In this document: positions 36,675 to 40,000 of the stretch, piece by piece
Layout of the letters: each line of letters starts with the position of its first letter
How positions within the stretch are numbered: position 1 is the stretch's first letter
NCBI RefSeq assembly: GCF_000830505.1
Contig: NZ_JXOK01000010.1
Span: forward strand, 83,794 to 123,793
Reading direction: 5' to 3'
Origin: Vibrio mytili
Lineage (GTDB): Bacteria > Pseudomonadota > Gammaproteobacteria > Enterobacterales > Vibrionaceae
Length of the DNA stretch: 40,000 nt
Translations under genes and position numbers: made by a program
Notes under the pieces: model-generated
What the model was told of the DNA's origin: nothing
Databases searched by the model: none
Seen by the model: the letters and a program-made list of their open reading frames with translations, nothing else

Positions 36675-37719
36675 TTAGAGGAAGTGAATGCGGCACACCT
36701 CACCGTTGTGTGCTGAGAATTGACCAACTTTAAACAGAGGCAGGTTACTCTCGGCCAGCAGTGTTTCCAAGTGTTCAACGTGTTGTGGATCAACTGCAAT
36801 CATCAGGCCACCACTGGTTTGTGGGTCGCATACAATGGCTTTTTGTTGTGCGGTCATTTTTGGCAAGCTGTCACCGTAACTGGCGAAGTTGCGGTGGGTG
36901 CCACCCGGTACGCAACCTTGTTGTAGATACGTATCCACTTTGGGAAGCAATGGCAATTCTTCTGTATGAATGGTAGCGTTTAGGTTAGAGCCCCGACACA
37001 TTTCAAGCAGGTGGCCGGCGAGACCAAACCCTGTCACGTCAGTCATGGCATGCACACCGTCAAGGCGCGCGATCTGTTCACCAATCTTGTTTAGTTGGCA
37101 CATGGCGTTTACCGCGATGTCGGTGTCGCCTTCGGCAATTTTTTTTCTGTTTCTGCGCGGTGGTCAGAATGCCAATCCCCAGCGGTTTGGTGAGGTAAAT
37201 GACGTCGCCTTCACGCGCGTGATCGTTACGCTTAATGTGGTCTAGCGCCACTTGACCGGTCACCGCCAAGCCAAAAATGGGTTCAGGTGAGTCGATGCTA
37301 TGACCGCCCGCCAAACAGATGCCGGCATCCGCACATGCTTTACGGCCCCCATCAACCACTTGTTGCGCTACGTCGGCCGACAATTTGTTGATTGGCCAAC
37401 CAAGAATCGCAATTGCCATAATGGGAGTGCCGCCCATGGCGTAAATGTCACTAATGGCGTTCGTCGCAGCAATACGGCCGAAGGTAAATGGGTCGTCCAC
37501 GATAGGCATAAAGAAGTCCGTGGTGCTGATAATACCCACTTTGTCATCGAGTTTATAGACTGCCGCGTCGTCGCAGCTTTGGTTGCCAACTAACAGGTTA
37601 GGGTCAACAAAATTGGGTTGTTGAGAGGCAAGAATGGTGGCAAGCACTTCGGGGGATATTTTGCAGCCGCATCCCGCGCCATGACTGTATTCAGTCAAGC
37701 GAATCGAATCTTCAATCAT
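36675..37719 (-). pseudogene. selD: selenophosphate synthetase SelD (Cys form), frame interrupted in an A8 run (or assembly indel)
   Basis: The N-terminal part [26 protein letters not shown]... is collinear with E. coli SelD up to [18 protein letters not shown]. The frame is then lost in the run CAG-AAAAAAAA-TTG (plus-strand T8 at 37139-37146). With 7 A the frame continues [21 protein letters not shown]...DVTGFGL to 36675. The span length is 1 mod 3, and the repaired product would be 347 aa, as in E. coli. Confidence 0.85.
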
Positions 37720-38070
37720 AATCAATGCTCATGTTCTGATGCTAAAAAATATTTGAATATTTAAAATAATATATGAATGATGACTCGACTCGCTGATCTA
37801 CATCATGAATCAGTGATGGCAAGAAGACGAATGTTAAAATGGTCGCTAAAAATCCGCGTTTTGATATTGGGTTACATTACTAAAGCAATGGATAACGAGA
37901 TATACGTCGAATGTTGGGTGTAGTCGTAGGTTTAAAGTAGCGTCAGAACTTTCTTACTTAATTTCGCAAAGTCATTTAAAATCAATTGTTTATTTTATTT
38001 ATTTGAAGCTGCGTTATTTGACTTTGTAGTTTCACAGATTACCCTGATTCCCCAGTCAGAGGAATCGGTT

Positions 38071-40000
38071 ATGTTCGGTACGTTAAAAAAAATCTCCTTA
38101 TTGAGCGCCGCGTTGATTTGTGTTGCGGTTTCATTCGGCGCATCTGCGAACCAAGATGACAAACAAACCATTGTTGTTGGTGTGATCACTCAACGCGAAT
38201 CAGCCGATTCCATTTTAGACAGTATTGGCCCTTTTTATGGTATTAACCTTGATTACCTTGCAAATATCACCAAGGTATTAAACCTTAAGCTCGAACTACG
38301 TGCTTACAAACACATCGTCCCTCTACTTAATGATGTAGAAAATGGTGTGATCGATGGCGCAGTGGGCTTTAGTAAAACGCCCGAAAGAGAAAAAAACTTC
38401 TTGTTTTCTAAGCCCTTCTTCTCGAGCACCATTGCCGTGTGGTATCGCGATGAAAACTCCAAAAATCGAGAAATTCAGAATCTGAAATGGGTCTGTGTCG
38501 AGGGGAGTGTTTATTGTGATGGAATTAAAGCTCTGGGTGCATCCGATGTTCACTATGTAAAAACACGCGTTGAAGCGTTCGATGAAGTACGTAGCGGACG
38601 TGCTCATGCTTTAGTTTCTACCTATGTTGCGATCAGTCAGTACTTAGATAAGAATAATGTCATTAACGGTGTGGTGGATATTCCTAACTGGTTGCATCAA
38701 GAGGAGGTGAGCTTTATTGCTTCGTTAAAGCAAAATGAACTCATCGACCAAATCAATCGAATCTTAGAGTGGGAGCAATCAGGTCGCAACATCCGTTCAG
38801 TGGCCTCGCAAAACCGTTACCATATTACAGACAAAATGTTGATTGATTATCGTAAAACATATGGTAGCGATCACGTCATCACATATAGCAGCAGTGAGCA
38901 GGCGTTTCCATTCTTATCCAGTAACCCAGAGTCAGGTGACGTTGACGGTTTTTTGCCTGACTTTATTGAGCTTATTCAAGCTCGAACAGGTTTATCATTT
39001 CAGTTTAATAAACCTAAATCCAGCCTAAACAGTGGGTTAACAGAGTTCAATGCAGACTTGGTTCCAGTTGCTTATGTTGACCAAGTTCCTGTGTCTGACT
39101 GGTTACTGACTCAACCATTTATGCAGGATAAGTTTGTTGCAGTCCAAGCTAAGAGTCAGGTTGAAACCTTTGAAAAACCGAATGCTGGCATTCTCCTTAG
39201 TTTTAATAAACAAGGTGTGGTCCCTCTCGATACTTGGCAGGAAAAACGTTTTAAACGCTACAGTGATCTCAAAGCGTTGCTGTCGGATTTGAAGCAGGGT
39301 GCCCTTGACGTGGCATACGTACCCGACGATATCGTTCACAGCATGATTGTGCAGGACAACGTAGACGGATTGACGATCAGTGAAAACAATACGCTTTCGT
39401 TTTCTATTGCTTTTGCGGTTGCCAATCATGATGCCCAACTAAAAAATGTGCTTGACAGCGTAATAGCAACGATCGATTCAAATGAAATAGAAAAATTGCT
39501 GCGCTCATATAGAAATTTCAATCTGGTTTACGGCTACAACGACAAGCAGATCACAATAATGGCCTTTGTTGGCGCCGCTGTTTTTGCTGTGTTCTTGATT
39601 ATTGCCTATTTCATATTGGCTCATTTACGCCTTAAGGTGAATTTGGCTGAGTTGAACGCAAATAATGAAGAGAAAGAAAAGCAGTGGTTGATGGATATTA
39701 TCCAAGAGATCAATAGCCTTGTTTTCATTCATAGCGAAGATAACCACCTTGAAATGAGTAACTGTGCCCGTTATCAAAGTGGTCAATGTAAGCAGTGTTT
39801 TCTTCAAAGTGTTAACACAGCACGCCCATTAGTTGATAACGAAGGTGAACTCGCCTGTGTGATTCGCGGCCAGAGAATTTCAGAAGAAACGGCAGCTTCA
39901 GGTTGTGTGATGGGGATAAGTTACATTCATCGTGAGCGTAAAACGATTGCAGCTCCAAATGGTAAAAAGAAGTTTGTACTAACGGTAGTCCACGATATTA
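38071..40000 (+). CDS. sensor protein with two periplasmic family-3 solute-binding domains, a TM helix and a cytoplasmic Cys-rich PAS-like region (BvgS/EvgS-type architecture); 3' end outside window
   Basis: ATG 38071 with a GAGGAA SD 6 nt upstream. I read 643 codons to the window edge without a stop. It is absent from the ORF track because no stop falls inside the window. It has a signal peptide, two SBP_bac_3-like repeats, the TM helix IMAFVGAAVFAVFLIIAYFILA, and then NCARYQSGQCKQCF. Confidence 0.75.
   Translation, partial: MFGTLKKISLLSAALICVAVSFGASANQDDKQTIVVGVITQRESADSILDSIGPFYGINLDYLANITKVLNLKLELRAYKHIVPLLNDVENGVIDGAVGFSKTPEREKNFLFSKPFFSSTIAVWYRDENSKNREIQNLKWVCVEGSVYCDGIKALGASDVHYVKTRVEAFDEVRSGRAHALVSTYVAISQYLDKNNVINGVVDIPNWLHQEEVSFIASLKQNELIDQINRILEWEQSGRNIRSVASQNRYHITDKMLIDYRKTYGSDHVITYSSSEQAFPFLSSNPESGDVDGFLPDFIELIQARTGLSFQFNKPKSSLNSGLTEFNADLVPVAYVDQVPVSDWLLTQPFMQDKFVAVQAKSQVETFEKPNAGILLSFNKQGVVPLDTWQEKRFKRYSDLKALLSDLKQGALDVAYVPDDIVHSMIVQDNVDGLTISENNTLSFSIAFAVANHDAQLKNVLDSVIATIDSNEIEKLLRSYRNFNLVYGYNDKQITIMAFVGAAVFAVFLIIAYFILAHLRLKVNLAELNANNEEKEKQWLMDIIQEINSLVFIHSEDNHLEMSNCARYQSGQCKQCFLQSVNTARPLVDNEGELACVIRGQRISEETAASGCVMGISYIHRERKTIAAPNGKKKFVLTVVHDI

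Noticed and set aside
1-40000. A search by eye for CRISPR arrays, IS elements or transposases, integrases, prophage genes, toxin-antitoxin pairs and restriction-modification genes.
   Set aside because: I saw no regularly spaced repeats, no terminal inverted repeats flanking an ORF, and no recognisable mobility or defence protein motifs. The only repeats are the short ones listed.

Overview
This window looks like a gammaproteobacterial chromosome. The proteins are E. coli-like and the flanks are AT-rich, which suggests Vibrionaceae, but that is inference only.

Layout:
- 1-11 kb holds ordinary genes: an AMMECR1-domain fragment, a P-loop ATPase, a FAN1-like VRR-NUC nuclease, an OFA-family MFS transporter, a small membrane protein, DcuC, a GNAT acetyltransferase, a hybrid histidine kinase and YlqF/RbgA.
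- 11.09-37.72 kb is one contiguous block encoding the whole selenocysteine-dependent formate hydrogenlyase (FHL) pathway. In order: tRNA-Sec (selC), selA, selB; a sigma-54 promoter module driving hycBCDEFGHI; a second sigma-54 module driving hydN-fdhF (fdhF has an in-frame UGA-Sec codon plus a SECIS hairpin); fhlA, fdhD; hupE, hypFCDEAB; a YnjE-like periplasmic rhodanese; and convergent selD.
- 38.07-40.0 kb is the 5' part of a large sensor protein with two periplasmic solute-binding domains. It runs off the window and is missing from the ORF track.

Main observation: seven protein genes of the Sec/FHL block (selB, hycF, hycI, fhlA, hupE, hypF, selD) are each interrupted by a single-base frame change, with homologous sequence continuing in the adjacent frame. 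tRNA-Sec also appears to be one base short in its 3' acceptor strand. I found no such lesion in the flanking genes. This is either an indel-prone assembly or very recent decay of one regulon, and the sequence alone cannot decide between them.

Other points:
- The two sigma-54 modules share an 11-mer enhancer motif and a 20-bp IHF-like element in opposite orientation.
- fhlA shows a sharp GC step at its frameshift.
- HypB carries a roughly 126-residue His-rich insert with a tandem 15-bp repeat.
- Two hairpins lie between selC and selA.

I saw no CRISPR array, IS element, integrase, phage or toxin-antitoxin signature, and I did not find convincing evidence of an entirely new system.
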